Of a stretch of DNA of 64,000 nt, positions 55,253 through 63,960 are shown one piece after another (position 1 is the stretch's first letter; each line of letters opens with the position of its first letter). Position numbers and translations under genes: made by a program. Under the pieces are notes generated by a model. The model ran no database searches. It saw only the letters and a program-made list of their open reading frames with translations, and was not told the origin of the DNA. Source of the DNA: an uncultured Candidatus Peribacteria bacterium (GTDB lineage: Bacteria; Patescibacteriota; Gracilibacteria; Peribacterales; Peribacteraceae). The stretch covers positions 7,745 to 71,744 of the forward strand of contig CAYUVW010000002.1 in NCBI GenBank assembly GCA_964448405.1, given 5' to 3'.

Positions 55253-56728
55253 CTATTTCCTGTGCAACAACGCCACCAATTCAATGTGTGCCGTGTGCGG
55301 GAACATGTCGACCGGCTGCACGGTGCGCAATTCGTAACCGCTTTTCAGTAATTCGCCTAAATCGCGAGCGAACGTGGCCGCATTGCATGACACGTACACG
55401 ATCTTCTCCGGACGATGCGTGATGATGGACTCCAGTGCCTGCGGATGCAAACCGACACGAGGCGGGTCGACCACGATGACGTTGAACTTGTACTTGCCGC
55501 CCGGCTTCAACTGGCTGTGCAGTACCTGTTCGGCGCGTCCTTTGTAGAAGCTGATGTTGCCGATACGGTTGCGACCGGCGCTCTTCAGTGCGTCCTCGAT
55601 TGCCGACGGATGCGATTCGATTCCAACGACTTTCTCGCAGAAGCGGGCCAGGTACTGACCGATGGTGCCCATACCGCAGTAGGCATCCAGGACGGTGTCG
55701 CGACCGGACAAGTCGGCTGCGGCAGCCACGGCGGCGTACAGCTTCTCGGTTGCCAGTGTGTTGGTCTGAAAGAACGAGAACGGAGAAATGTCGAACGTAA
55801 GATCGAACAAGCGCTCGCGGATGGACGGCTCGCCCACCAACGTGTGGATTTTCGGCATCTCGGGTTTGTCGTTCAGCCCGAAGTGCTCGACGATGAGCAG
55901 CGACTTCAAATTGGGGCGGCCGGCAAAGCGCATGAACTTCTGGAACAGCGGCTCCAATTCCTTCTTGCGAGCCTGAACCACGAAACAGATCATGTGTTCG
56001 TTCGTATGGACGCCGCGACGCAGAATGAGGTTGCGCAGCATGCCGCGGTGCGTCTTGGGATTGTAGACCGGCAAGCCCGTCTCTTTCATGAAACGATTCA
56101 CGTCGGAAAGAAGTGCCGGCAATTGCTCGTCGTACAGGTGGCACTCGGTCACCGGCAGAATGGTCGACCACTCTTTGGCCATATGAAAGCCGATGCCGGG
56201 GTTTTCGTCGAAATGGATGCGCTGCGGCTTGCCACCCGGAACCTTCGGCGGCTTCTCTTCCACGCGCATGGTGGCATACCCGAACGTCATCTCCAATTTG
56301 TTGCGATAATTGAAAACCTGCGGACTGGGGATAATGCCAAGGACACGGCCGGGAAGCTGCTTGCGCACGGCTGCGTCGGCTGGCGTGAGGTGTTCCAGCG
56401 TTTCGCGGACAATGTCTTCCTTATATTGGATCTGCTTATTATAGGAGAGGTTCTGCCACACACACCCGCCGCACGTGCCGAAGTGCACGCATTTGGCCGG
56501 ACTTTCGTCTTTCGAGCGCAAAAGAACCTTCTCCACTTTGGCTTCGGCAAACGTGTCCTTACGCTTGGTAATGACGACCTGCACCTTTTGACCGGGAATG
56601 GCTCCGGCTACGAATACCGGCAATCCGTTCAGTGTGGCAAAGCCGGCGCCGCCATGGGCAAACTTCTCGATGGTCAGCACATGTTGCTGGCCCGGGTGAA
56701 CCCCGGATGGTTCGATGACAGTTGACAT
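55253..56728 (-). CDS. rlmD: RlmD/RumA-type 23S rRNA (uracil-C5)-methyltransferase (TRAM + Fe-S + MTase)
   Basis: TRAM domain HGGAGFATLNGLPVFV. Cys cluster CVHFGTCGGCVWQ. LDAYCGMGTIG, VVDPPRVG and catalytic YVSCN. Confidence 0.8.
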   Translation of the reverse strand: MSTVIEPSGVHPGQQHVLTIEKFAHGGAGFATLNGLPVFVAGAIPGQKVQVVITKRKDTFAEAKVEKVLLRSKDESPAKCVHFGTCGGCVWQNLSYNKQIQYKEDIVRETLEHLTPADAAVRKQLPGRVLGIIPSPQVFNYRNKLEMTFGYATMRVEEKPPKVPGGKPQRIHFDENPGIGFHMAKEWSTILPVTECHLYDEQLPALLSDVNRFMKETGLPVYNPKTHRGMLRNLILRRGVHTNEHMICFVVQARKKELEPLFQKFMRFAGRPNLKSLLIVEHFGLNDKPEMPKIHTLVGEPSIRERLFDLTFDISPFSFFQTNTLATEKLYAAVAAAADLSGRDTVLDAYCGMGTIGQYLARFCEKVVGIESHPSAIEDALKSAGRNRIGNISFYKGRAEQVLHSQLKPGGKYKFNVIVVDPPRVGLHPQALESIITHRPEKIVYVSCNAATFARDLGELLKSGYELRTVQPVDMFPHTAHIELVALLHRK

Positions 56729-56779
56729 TTATAGAACAATATAGTATAAAGTGCTACTTTCACGTTTTTACCTCCTGCC

Positions 56780-57616
56780 ATGCGCCTGCAAATGCTGATC
56801 AACCGCAGACTTGCGATCATCGCTTCCGCAGCAGTCATGCTGCTTGCATTGCCGTCTTTCTCGGCGGCAACTGTAGACATGATAACAGTCTCCGCGCCTG
56901 CCGCAAGTGCGCCGAGCGCCGCTCCTGGGGATCTTCATGCCGCAGCAACGGTCGCCGTGAAGAAAAAAGTGCATGCTGCAGGCGGCTTACTGGCAGTCGT
57001 TAACCACGAAGACATTTCCCAGCGTCACCAGGTTATTGCCGACAATACGTTGCGCTCACTTCCGCCGCAGTGCCGGGATAATTTGCGGACCTTCTATGTG
57101 AATTACGACGTGAATCCGAAAAATCGCGGTCTTGGAGGCGCAGATACCATTATTATCGTAGGCAACGTGCCAGACGCCGAATTCCGCGCTCTCCTTGTGC
57201 ATGAGTGTGGTCATGTCGCCGATCTTGGCGGCTTTCGTGGCACACCCAGCAGCGGCACGACCGAATTCATGGACGGCAATGAGCCGATCTACGGTAACGA
57301 CCCCAGCGTCGCGTTCTATCGTATTTCGTGGGACAACGCCTCTACTCGCAAGCAAGGTGCCAGCAAAGCCGACTTCGTGTCCGGCTATGCCATGAGCGAC
57401 CCATTCGAAGACTTCGCCGAAAGCTTCGCCTACTACGTGCTGCAGAAGAAGGACTTCGCCCGTCTGGCGAAAAAGAACAAAGCCATTGCCGCGAAGTACG
57501 CCTGGTTTGAAAAGCACCTGTCCAGTGTCATGACCACGGTGGCTATGGGCAAGAACGTACGCGGCGCCAAAGAGCCGTGGGACGTGACCAAGCTGCCCTA
57601 CACCTGGCTCAACTAA
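56780..57616 (+). CDS. secreted putative zinc metallopeptidase (HExxH)
   Basis: Signal peptide. LLVHECGHVADLG, with a downstream DPFEDFAESFA as a candidate third ligand. Confidence 0.45.
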   Translation: MRLQMLINRRLAIIASAAVMLLALPSFSAATVDMITVSAPAASAPSAAPGDLHAAATVAVKKKVHAAGGLLAVVNHEDISQRHQVIADNTLRSLPPQCRDNLRTFYVNYDVNPKNRGLGGADTIIIVGNVPDAEFRALLVHECGHVADLGGFRGTPSSGTTEFMDGNEPIYGNDPSVAFYRISWDNASTRKQGASKADFVSGYAMSDPFEDFAESFAYYVLQKKDFARLAKKNKAIAAKYAWFEKHLSSVMTTVAMGKNVRGAKEPWDVTKLPYTWLN

Positions 57617-57658
57617 GGAGCAGGGACTCGGCGGCACGCTTTGCTGTATGATCTCGTT

Positions 57659-58432
57659 ATGCGACGCATGTTCATGCTCATCGTGTGGCTGGTGACCGAC
57701 GTGGTCCTGATGCTCGGTGCCTACGTAGCTGCCTATTTCGTGCGCGTCGGCCTGATTTTCTCGACCGACTTTCCCATCGATAAATACCTGAAGGTCGTGC
57801 TGCTCATCGCTCCGCTCTGGTTGGCGGTCATGGGTTTCCTGGGCGTGTTCCGCCTACTGCGGGTTCAGACCAATCCGCGCAATATCGCGCACCTACTGTT
57901 CTCCTGCGTGTTCGCGCTCGCGCTGTTCACCTTGGCCTACTACTTCCTCTATAACACCTTCTTCAGCCGCAAGTTGCTGGTGTACGCCGGCATCGCACAC
58001 TTCCTGTTCACGCTGGTGTGGCACGCCGCTTTCGACCAGTGGCAGCGCCGTGTGCTGCGCAGGAATCCGCCCGCCTATCCGCTGCTTGTCATCGGCGCCA
58101 ACCGCGACGCCGAACGCGTCATCCGTTTGCTGGAGGAGCGCCAGTCGCCATTCAAGCCGGTGGCAGTACTCGACAGCCAGGGCACCTCGCAGACCGACAT
58201 CGCCGGCGTTCCGGTGTGCGGCAAGCTCAATAAATTGGAGGATGTACTAAAGGAGAAGAAGATTACGCACCTCTTGCAGTGCGCCGATCTGGAGCACACC
58301 ATCAACTTGCTCAGCCTCTGTCGCCAGCATGGCATTACGTACATGCTGCTGCCATCGGTGCTCGGCATTGTGGGTGTGAACGAAGAAGTGGAATACATCG
58401 AAGGACAGCCGGTGACCATGGTCCGCCATTAA
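57659..58432 (+). CDS. WbaP/WcaJ-like polyprenyl-phosphate sugar transferase, N-terminal TM + linker domains only (catalytic domain absent)
   Basis: Four TM helices, then LLVIGANRDAERVIRLL ... VAVLDS ... IAGVPVCGKL ... YIEGQPV. The ORF stops where the Bac_transf domain normally begins. Confidence 0.5.
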   Translation: MRRMFMLIVWLVTDVVLMLGAYVAAYFVRVGLIFSTDFPIDKYLKVVLLIAPLWLAVMGFLGVFRLLRVQTNPRNIAHLLFSCVFALALFTLAYYFLYNTFFSRKLLVYAGIAHFLFTLVWHAAFDQWQRRVLRRNPPAYPLLVIGANRDAERVIRLLEERQSPFKPVAVLDSQGTSQTDIAGVPVCGKLNKLEDVLKEKKITHLLQCADLEHTINLLSLCRQHGITYMLLPSVLGIVGVNEEVEYIEGQPVTMVRH

Positions 58433-58441
58433 TCCCACTTC

Positions 58442-59413
58442 ATGCGTTGCTTCGTTCTCGCCGGCGGATTCGCCACTCGGTTGTGGCCGCTCACCGAGAA
58501 GAGAGCCAAGCCGCTGCTCCCCTTGGCCGGAAAGCCCATTCTCAGCCACGTGGTAGATGCCGTTCCAGCCAATATTCCTGTCAGCGTAAGTACGAATGCG
58601 GTATTCGAAACCGATATGCGGCGGTGGGCCAAGAAGCAAAACCGCGACATCGATATTGTCGTGGAGGACACCGGTCACGACGACCAGAAACTTGGAGCCT
58701 TAGGCGCCTTGGCAAAATGGATTCGGGAGGAGCGCATCGACGATGACATCCTGCTACTGGCCGGAGACAACTACTGTGAGTGCAACCTGGCCACGTTCGT
58801 TGGCATGTTCCGAGGCAATCCATTGCTTGCCGCACACGATCTGGGCGACCCGTCCCGCGCCAAGCAATTCGGCACCGTCGTCTTCAATCCGGACCTTGAG
58901 CACGGCACGCTGTTGCGTCGAGTGACGGAATTTCAAGAGAAGCCACCGCACCCCAAATCCAGCTGCGTGTCTGCCGGCTGGTGGGTACTCCCCAAGGCCA
59001 CGCTCCCGATTCTGGCCGAGTACGCCGCTAAGAAGCCGGATAACGTCGGTGGAATTTTCGAGGAGTTGCTGCAAAAGGGCATTGCAGTGGATTGCTACGT
59101 CTTTACCGAACGCTGGAAGGACATCGGATCCTTCGGCTCCTACATGGCCATTCACCAGGAGTTGGTCGCCGACAAGCATGTCATCGGCGAGAATGCCTCT
59201 GTCGATGAAGCCAGCACATTGGCAGGCAGCGTCGCAATTGGCCCGAAAACGACCGTGGAAGGCTCGACGCTCACCGATTGCATCGTCTTTGGAGGGGTAA
59301 AAATCCGTGATTGCGTGCTCACGCGTTGCATTATTGATGAAGGATGCATGCTGGAAGGGGTGGATTTGACCGAAAAGATGCTCCGGGAAGGCACGGTGTT
59401 GCGTCGGACATGA
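58442..59413 (+). CDS. sugar-phosphate nucleotidyltransferase with a C-terminal left-handed beta-helix
   Basis: VLAGGFATRLWPLTEKRAKPLLPLAGKPIL. C-terminal hexapeptide-like repeats. Confidence 0.8.
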   Translation: MRCFVLAGGFATRLWPLTEKRAKPLLPLAGKPILSHVVDAVPANIPVSVSTNAVFETDMRRWAKKQNRDIDIVVEDTGHDDQKLGALGALAKWIREERIDDDILLLAGDNYCECNLATFVGMFRGNPLLAAHDLGDPSRAKQFGTVVFNPDLEHGTLLRRVTEFQEKPPHPKSSCVSAGWWVLPKATLPILAEYAAKKPDNVGGIFEELLQKGIAVDCYVFTERWKDIGSFGSYMAIHQELVADKHVIGENASVDEASTLAGSVAIGPKTTVEGSTLTDCIVFGGVKIRDCVLTRCIIDEGCMLEGVDLTEKMLREGTVLRRT

Positions 59414-59454
59414 CCGCTGGCTGGCAGTGCCCCCTTTCTGTACACTGCCCGGGC

Positions 59455-60132
59455 ATGTCACGCATTATCCTCCCCATCGGCATTCTTCTCGGTTGCGCGC
59501 TTATCAGTGCCTGCGCACCAAGCACGACGCAATTGCAGTACGAAATTTCGGTCAATCGCAACTCTCCTGCCGAAGTGGTAAACCTTATCGAAGCCAGCGA
59601 ACGCGTCATGAAGCGCCGCGTTGCGGCACTTGGAGTGCAGAACCCCAATGTCATTGCCATCCCGACCGGCAATAGCGGCGGAACGCTCACCATCGACGTC
59701 CCGGACGCACAACTCGTCACCCGCATTCGCGACATTCTTGCGGAGCAATTCACCTTCGATATGCGTCTGGAGCTGAAGGAAACCACTCCGGACGACCAGA
59801 ACGCCGAAGAGAACTGGGAGAAAATCGGTGTGGAGAACCAGCATTTAATCGGCGTGCAGGTCGTCAGTGACGCACAGAGTGGCGAAGTGGCCGTAGAACT
59901 GCTGTTTAGCAAGGAAGGACGCGAACTCCTCGCAAACGCTTTCATGAAGAACAAAGGACGTACGGTTGGTATTTTCGTTCGCGGCGTCCTTGTCTCCAAG
60001 CTGAAAATTGAAAGTGGCGTCGTCAGCGACCATGTCGTAATCAGCGGAATTCCTTCGGCCTTCGTCGCTCAGATTTTCGCCGACGATGTGAACATGGGAC
60101 TCCACGTTGCTTTCACCCCCATGGGAAAATAG
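59455..60132 (+). CDS. lipoprotein resembling the SecD periplasmic (P1) domain
   Basis: Lipobox LISAC. ERVMKRRVAALGVQNPNVI and VGIFVRGVLVSKLKIESGVVSDHVVISG mirror the SecD segments RRINSLGVSEATI and IAIFVGGELVSAPNVQGEIVGQSAVING in the next gene. Confidence 0.5.
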   Translation: MSRIILPIGILLGCALISACAPSTTQLQYEISVNRNSPAEVVNLIEASERVMKRRVAALGVQNPNVIAIPTGNSGGTLTIDVPDAQLVTRIRDILAEQFTFDMRLELKETTPDDQNAEENWEKIGVENQHLIGVQVVSDAQSGEVAVELLFSKEGRELLANAFMKNKGRTVGIFVRGVLVSKLKIESGVVSDHVVISGIPSAFVAQIFADDVNMGLHVAFTPMGK

Positions 60133-60165
60133 TATATTCACCCTCCTCCTCTTCACTCCGCAGCA

Positions 60166-62601
60166 ATGCCCGCACAGAAAAGCATCTCCACTTGGACCCT
60201 CGTCACCGCCGTCGTTGGTGTGCTGGCGCTTATCATCGCCCTTCCGACCAATTGGAAGCCCTGGGCTCCCGCCTTTCTGAAGCCCGAGTTGCACTTGGGC
60301 CTGGACTTGGCCGGCGGCACGCAGCTCGACTTCCGTATCTCGGAGGATGAAATCAACGAGCGTGAACAGAGGCTGTCGAACGAAATCGCCGATCTGGCCG
60401 CTACTGGCAACGACAACGCCAAGCTGAATGCCAAGCGCTTCGAGCTCCAGAGCATCAAATTGCAACACTCCACGATCGTGGAAGCCATCCGCACCGTGCT
60501 GGAGCGTCGCATCAACTCGCTCGGCGTCAGCGAAGCGACAATCACCCCGTCGTACTTCGGCAACGAGAAGCACTTGTTGGTGGAATGTCCGGGTGTCGTC
60601 GACATCGCCCGTTGCATTGCCACCGTCGGCAAGACCATCCAGCTGGAGTTTAAGGAAGAGTTCAGCGGCAATCCCGAAGAATACGCAAAGGACGTCCGTG
60701 CGAGCGCCGACAAAATTTTCAAGCAAGTGACGACCGGCACCGGCAACCTGCGCACCGTCGGACAAGACATGAGCAGCACGCTCGGCGTGTCGTACTTCGA
60801 TGATCAAACCGTGTTCGTTTCCTCCTTGCCCAAGGGCTTGGAGCAACTCGCAAACCGCAAAGTCACCGATGGTCCGATCAAAGTGGAAAGCTCCACACAG
60901 ACGGCCATGCAGGCCGAGGACGGCAGCACGCAGATCCGCGATATTAAGGGTATTTACATTGCACAACTCCTGAGCGGCAAAACGCCGGGTGAGAATGTGC
61001 TAACCAACCCGACCGACGCTTTCGATGCACTGAAGGCCGCTTCGCCATCGGATACGACCGTGGAGCACAAGCAGGGCGTCGTGCTTTCGACACTGCCGCA
61101 GTATCTGCAGACGCCATTCTCCACCATGCAGATCGGCGGAATTCAGACTGTGACGATCGATGCCACCCAGTCCGCTGTCGCCTACTTGGTGGGCCGCGTG
61201 GAAGGCACTGCTGAAATGACCGCTAGCCACATTCTTGTGCAATACAAGGGCGCTTCTCTCGCCGATGCGGGTGTGACGCGCACGAAGACCGAAGCCCTGA
61301 CGCGCATTCGTGAAATCAAGAAGAACCTGGATGCCGCATCCGGCAAAAATTTCGAAGAGCTGGCTCGCAAAGATTCCGATGGCCCGTCGAAGAACAAGGC
61401 CGGAAGCCTGGGTGTTGTGAAAGCAGGAACCATTTCCGCGGAATTCGATGCAGCGGCGTTCAAGCTCGCGCAGGGTCAAATCAGCGACGTCGTGGAGACT
61501 CCGTACGGCTTCCATATCATCCGCGCAGACAAGGCCGCTACGACTCCGGCTACCACCGTTTCGTATGACCTTCTCACCATCAAAGGTCCGGATGCCGCAG
61601 CACGTGCCACTGCAGCCAGTGAAAAAGTGCAGAAAGGTGAAGTGAAGCGCATCGAGGACCAAATCAGCATCCGCGGCATGTTCTTCTCACTCGAACCGAC
61701 CGGCTGGCAGGACACCGAACTCGACGGCAAGCACTTCCTGTCTGCCGCAGTCACGACCGACCAGTTTGGACTACCCGAAGTGCAGATCCAGTTCGATGAA
61801 GAGGGCGGCAAACTCTTCCAGGCTCTTACGAAGCGCAACGTCAACAAGCAGATCGCCATCTTCGTCGGTGGAGAACTGGTCTCCGCCCCCAACGTCCAAG
61901 GTGAAATTGTCGGACAATCGGCCGTCATCAACGGTATCGGCTCGTTCGAGAATGGCCGCCGCCTGGCTCAGGATCTGAACACCGGCGCTATTCCGGCACC
62001 CATCTTCTTGTCAGGTCAGTCGACTGTGGAAGCCACGCTCGGTGCCGACGCCCTACAGCAGTCCATCTACGCCGGTTTCGTGGGCCTGGTGATTCTCGCC
62101 CTCGCCATGATCTTGATCTACCGCATGCTGGGAGTCGCCGCAGTGCTGGCACTTGGCTTCTGTGTGGTGCTGTTCGTTGCTTCGCTCAAGCTGCCACTCT
62201 TGCTCATCAGCAACCAGTACGTGGTGCTCTCGCTCGCCGGTATCGCCGGTATCATCTTGAGCATCGGTATGGCCGTGGACGCCAACGTGCTCGTCTTCGA
62301 GCGTATTAAGGAAGAAATGCGCAAAGGCAAAACGTTCAAGACAGCCATGGACGTAGGATTCAAGCGTGCTTGGCCCAGCATCCGCGACGGTAACGCCTCC
62401 ACGCTCATTACCGCAGCAATCTTGTTCACGATCGGAACCAGCATCATCCGCGGTTTCTCGGTCACGCTGGTCATGGGTATTTTGATTTCGCTCTTCACCG
62501 CGCTTATCGTCACGCGCTGGATCGTCAGCCACTTGGCCAAATCCCCGCTCCTTCAGCGCCCCGAGATGATCGGCGTGAAGGTCGACAAGCCGCAGGAGTA
62601 A
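60166..62601 (+). CDS. secD: protein translocase subunit SecD with a large periplasmic insert containing a parvulin-type PPIase domain
   Basis: LGLDLAGGTQL and the C-terminal six-TM SecD core (GIILSIGMAVDANVLVFERIKEE). Parvulin motifs SHILVQY ... GSLGVV ... TPYGFHIIR at aa 352-456. 811 aa. Confidence 0.85.
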   Translation: MPAQKSISTWTLVTAVVGVLALIIALPTNWKPWAPAFLKPELHLGLDLAGGTQLDFRISEDEINEREQRLSNEIADLAATGNDNAKLNAKRFELQSIKLQHSTIVEAIRTVLERRINSLGVSEATITPSYFGNEKHLLVECPGVVDIARCIATVGKTIQLEFKEEFSGNPEEYAKDVRASADKIFKQVTTGTGNLRTVGQDMSSTLGVSYFDDQTVFVSSLPKGLEQLANRKVTDGPIKVESSTQTAMQAEDGSTQIRDIKGIYIAQLLSGKTPGENVLTNPTDAFDALKAASPSDTTVEHKQGVVLSTLPQYLQTPFSTMQIGGIQTVTIDATQSAVAYLVGRVEGTAEMTASHILVQYKGASLADAGVTRTKTEALTRIREIKKNLDAASGKNFEELARKDSDGPSKNKAGSLGVVKAGTISAEFDAAAFKLAQGQISDVVETPYGFHIIRADKAATTPATTVSYDLLTIKGPDAAARATAASEKVQKGEVKRIEDQISIRGMFFSLEPTGWQDTELDGKHFLSAAVTTDQFGLPEVQIQFDEEGGKLFQALTKRNVNKQIAIFVGGELVSAPNVQGEIVGQSAVINGIGSFENGRRLAQDLNTGAIPAPIFLSGQSTVEATLGADALQQSIYAGFVGLVILALAMILIYRMLGVAAVLALGFCVVLFVASLKLPLLLISNQYVVLSLAGIAGIILSIGMAVDANVLVFERIKEEMRKGKTFKTAMDVGFKRAWPSIRDGNASTLITAAILFTIGTSIIRGFSVTLVMGILISLFTALIVTRWIVSHLAKSPLLQRPEMIGVKVDKPQE

Positions 62602-62623
62602 ATCAGGCTCCCCTCTCCGCACA

Positions 62624-62968
62624 ATGGACTCGCTCTACATCCAAGACTTGGAGGTATGGACGCGCATCGGCGTGCCGAATGAGGAACGCGCAAACGAACA
62701 GCGTTTACTCGTCTCCATAGAATTGTTCCTCGACCTTGCTCCGGCAGCCAAAACCGATGACGTCTCGAAGAGCATTGATTACGCACTGGTTGCATCCGAC
62801 GTTCGCGCATTGGCCGGCACGAGTCGTAAAACTCTGGAACGCTTCGCGGAAGACACTGCCACCATGATCCTGAAAACCTACGCACCGGCCGGCGGCGTGA
62901 AGGTCAGCATCCAAAAATTTATTTTGCCCGACACGAAAGCCGTCTGCCTCACCATCTTCCGCTCATGA
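62624..62968 (+). CDS. folB: dihydroneopterin aldolase
   Basis: LEVWTRIGVPNEERANEQRLLVSIEL ... DYALV. Confidence 0.8.
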   Translation: MDSLYIQDLEVWTRIGVPNEERANEQRLLVSIELFLDLAPAAKTDDVSKSIDYALVASDVRALAGTSRKTLERFAEDTATMILKTYAPAGGVKVSIQKFILPDTKAVCLTIFRS

Positions 62969-63447
62969 AAGCTTACATTGGCATTGGCTCGAACATTCTG
63001 CCCGAAGCAAACTTGGTGGCGGCAGCCGATTTGCTGCGCGAAGAATGGCCCGATGTCCGCTTCTCGCACGTCTACCGCTCCAAGGCACTCGAACAGGCCA
63101 ACCAAGCCGATTTCTTGAACGCGGTGGCCGAAGTGGAGGCCGACCGCGACGAACACAGCCTGCACGGCAAGTTGAAACAACTGGAAGAATGCCTCGGGAA
63201 GGCGATCAAGGAGCGCTTTGGGCCGCGGACCATAGATTTGGACCTGTTACTGTACGGAGATCTGGTCCAGAACACACAGGGGCTCATTCTCCCCCACCCG
63301 CGCATGCACCGTCGTCGGTTCGTTCTGCAGCCGATGTGTGAATTGATTCCGTTGCAACGCATGCACCCCCGCTTTCGCATCGAATGGCTGGAGCTGCTGA
63401 AGAAGACCGAGGATCAGGAGTGTGAGCGGATAAAACTGAAATTATAA
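62965..63447 (+). CDS. folK: 2-amino-4-hydroxy-6-hydroxymethyldihydropteridine diphosphokinase
   Basis: AYIGIGSN, FLNAV, GPRTIDLDLLLYG and LILPHPRMHRRRFVLQPMCEL. ATGA overlap with folB. Confidence 0.85.
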   Translation: MKAYIGIGSNILPEANLVAAADLLREEWPDVRFSHVYRSKALEQANQADFLNAVAEVEADRDEHSLHGKLKQLEECLGKAIKERFGPRTIDLDLLLYGDLVQNTQGLILPHPRMHRRRFVLQPMCELIPLQRMHPRFRIEWLELLKKTEDQECERIKLKL

Positions 63448-63669
63448 TTATCCTCATTCGATCCTGGTAACCGCCAAGGATTCTTCCTCGGAGGACCAGG
63501 GGACCTCCGCGGTCCCCTAGGCCCTCCGAACCTCCCTTACCCTCCCTGTGTAACCGAATGGACGCAATCGTCTGGCTGCTTCTTCTGCGTGAGGAATCAG
63601 CTCTTTGAAACGGCCAAAGGTTCTGCAGTACTACGGGCCCTGAGACGGCGTGAGCAGGTTACTTCCCCC

Positions 63670-63889
63670 GAGGTTGTCGGCTTCTTCGGAGGATGGACAC
63701 GGGATGGAGTGTCGCGCATCGGGCCGGTGCCGTCGCGCTCCCGCCGAAGCAGCCCGTGAAAAAAGTCCGCCTGTTTGAGCTCGCAGCAGCGAGCGAGTTC
63801 GGACTTTTAGGGCTGTGAGGCGCGTGGAGCGCAGGCCAGCCGGACCGCCGCGCGACGTTTTTCCTCCACTTTTTTAAAAAAGTGGAAAG
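63670..63889 (+). repeat. copy 2 of the 220-nt structured intergenic element
   Basis: Collinear with 19267-19486. Core hairpin 63735-63832, T5 at 63858-63862 and the perfect palindrome CCACTTTTTTAAAAAAGTGG. Confidence 0.8.
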
Positions 63890-63960
63890 GAACCATCCAT
63901 GATTCAAGTCGAGTATCACCCAGCCCAAAAGAACAAAATTTCCTGTATACTTGCCCCCTC

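Noticed and set aside
55415-56725. 436-aa plus-strand ORF opposite rlmD (and the 296-aa ORF at 55281-56171 in another minus frame)
   Set aside because: The minus-strand frame 55253-56728 carries TRAM, Fe-S and MTase motifs. The alternatives are shadow ORFs.
59845-60966. 373-aa minus-strand ORF opposite the secD 5' region. Similar long shadow ORFs occur at 5224-6189, 6658-7365, 18366-19196, 33780-34775, 46773-47924 and 50257-51255.
   Set aside because: All lie antisense to genes with clear family motifs and show antisense-type composition. This is a GC-rich shadow-ORF artefact.
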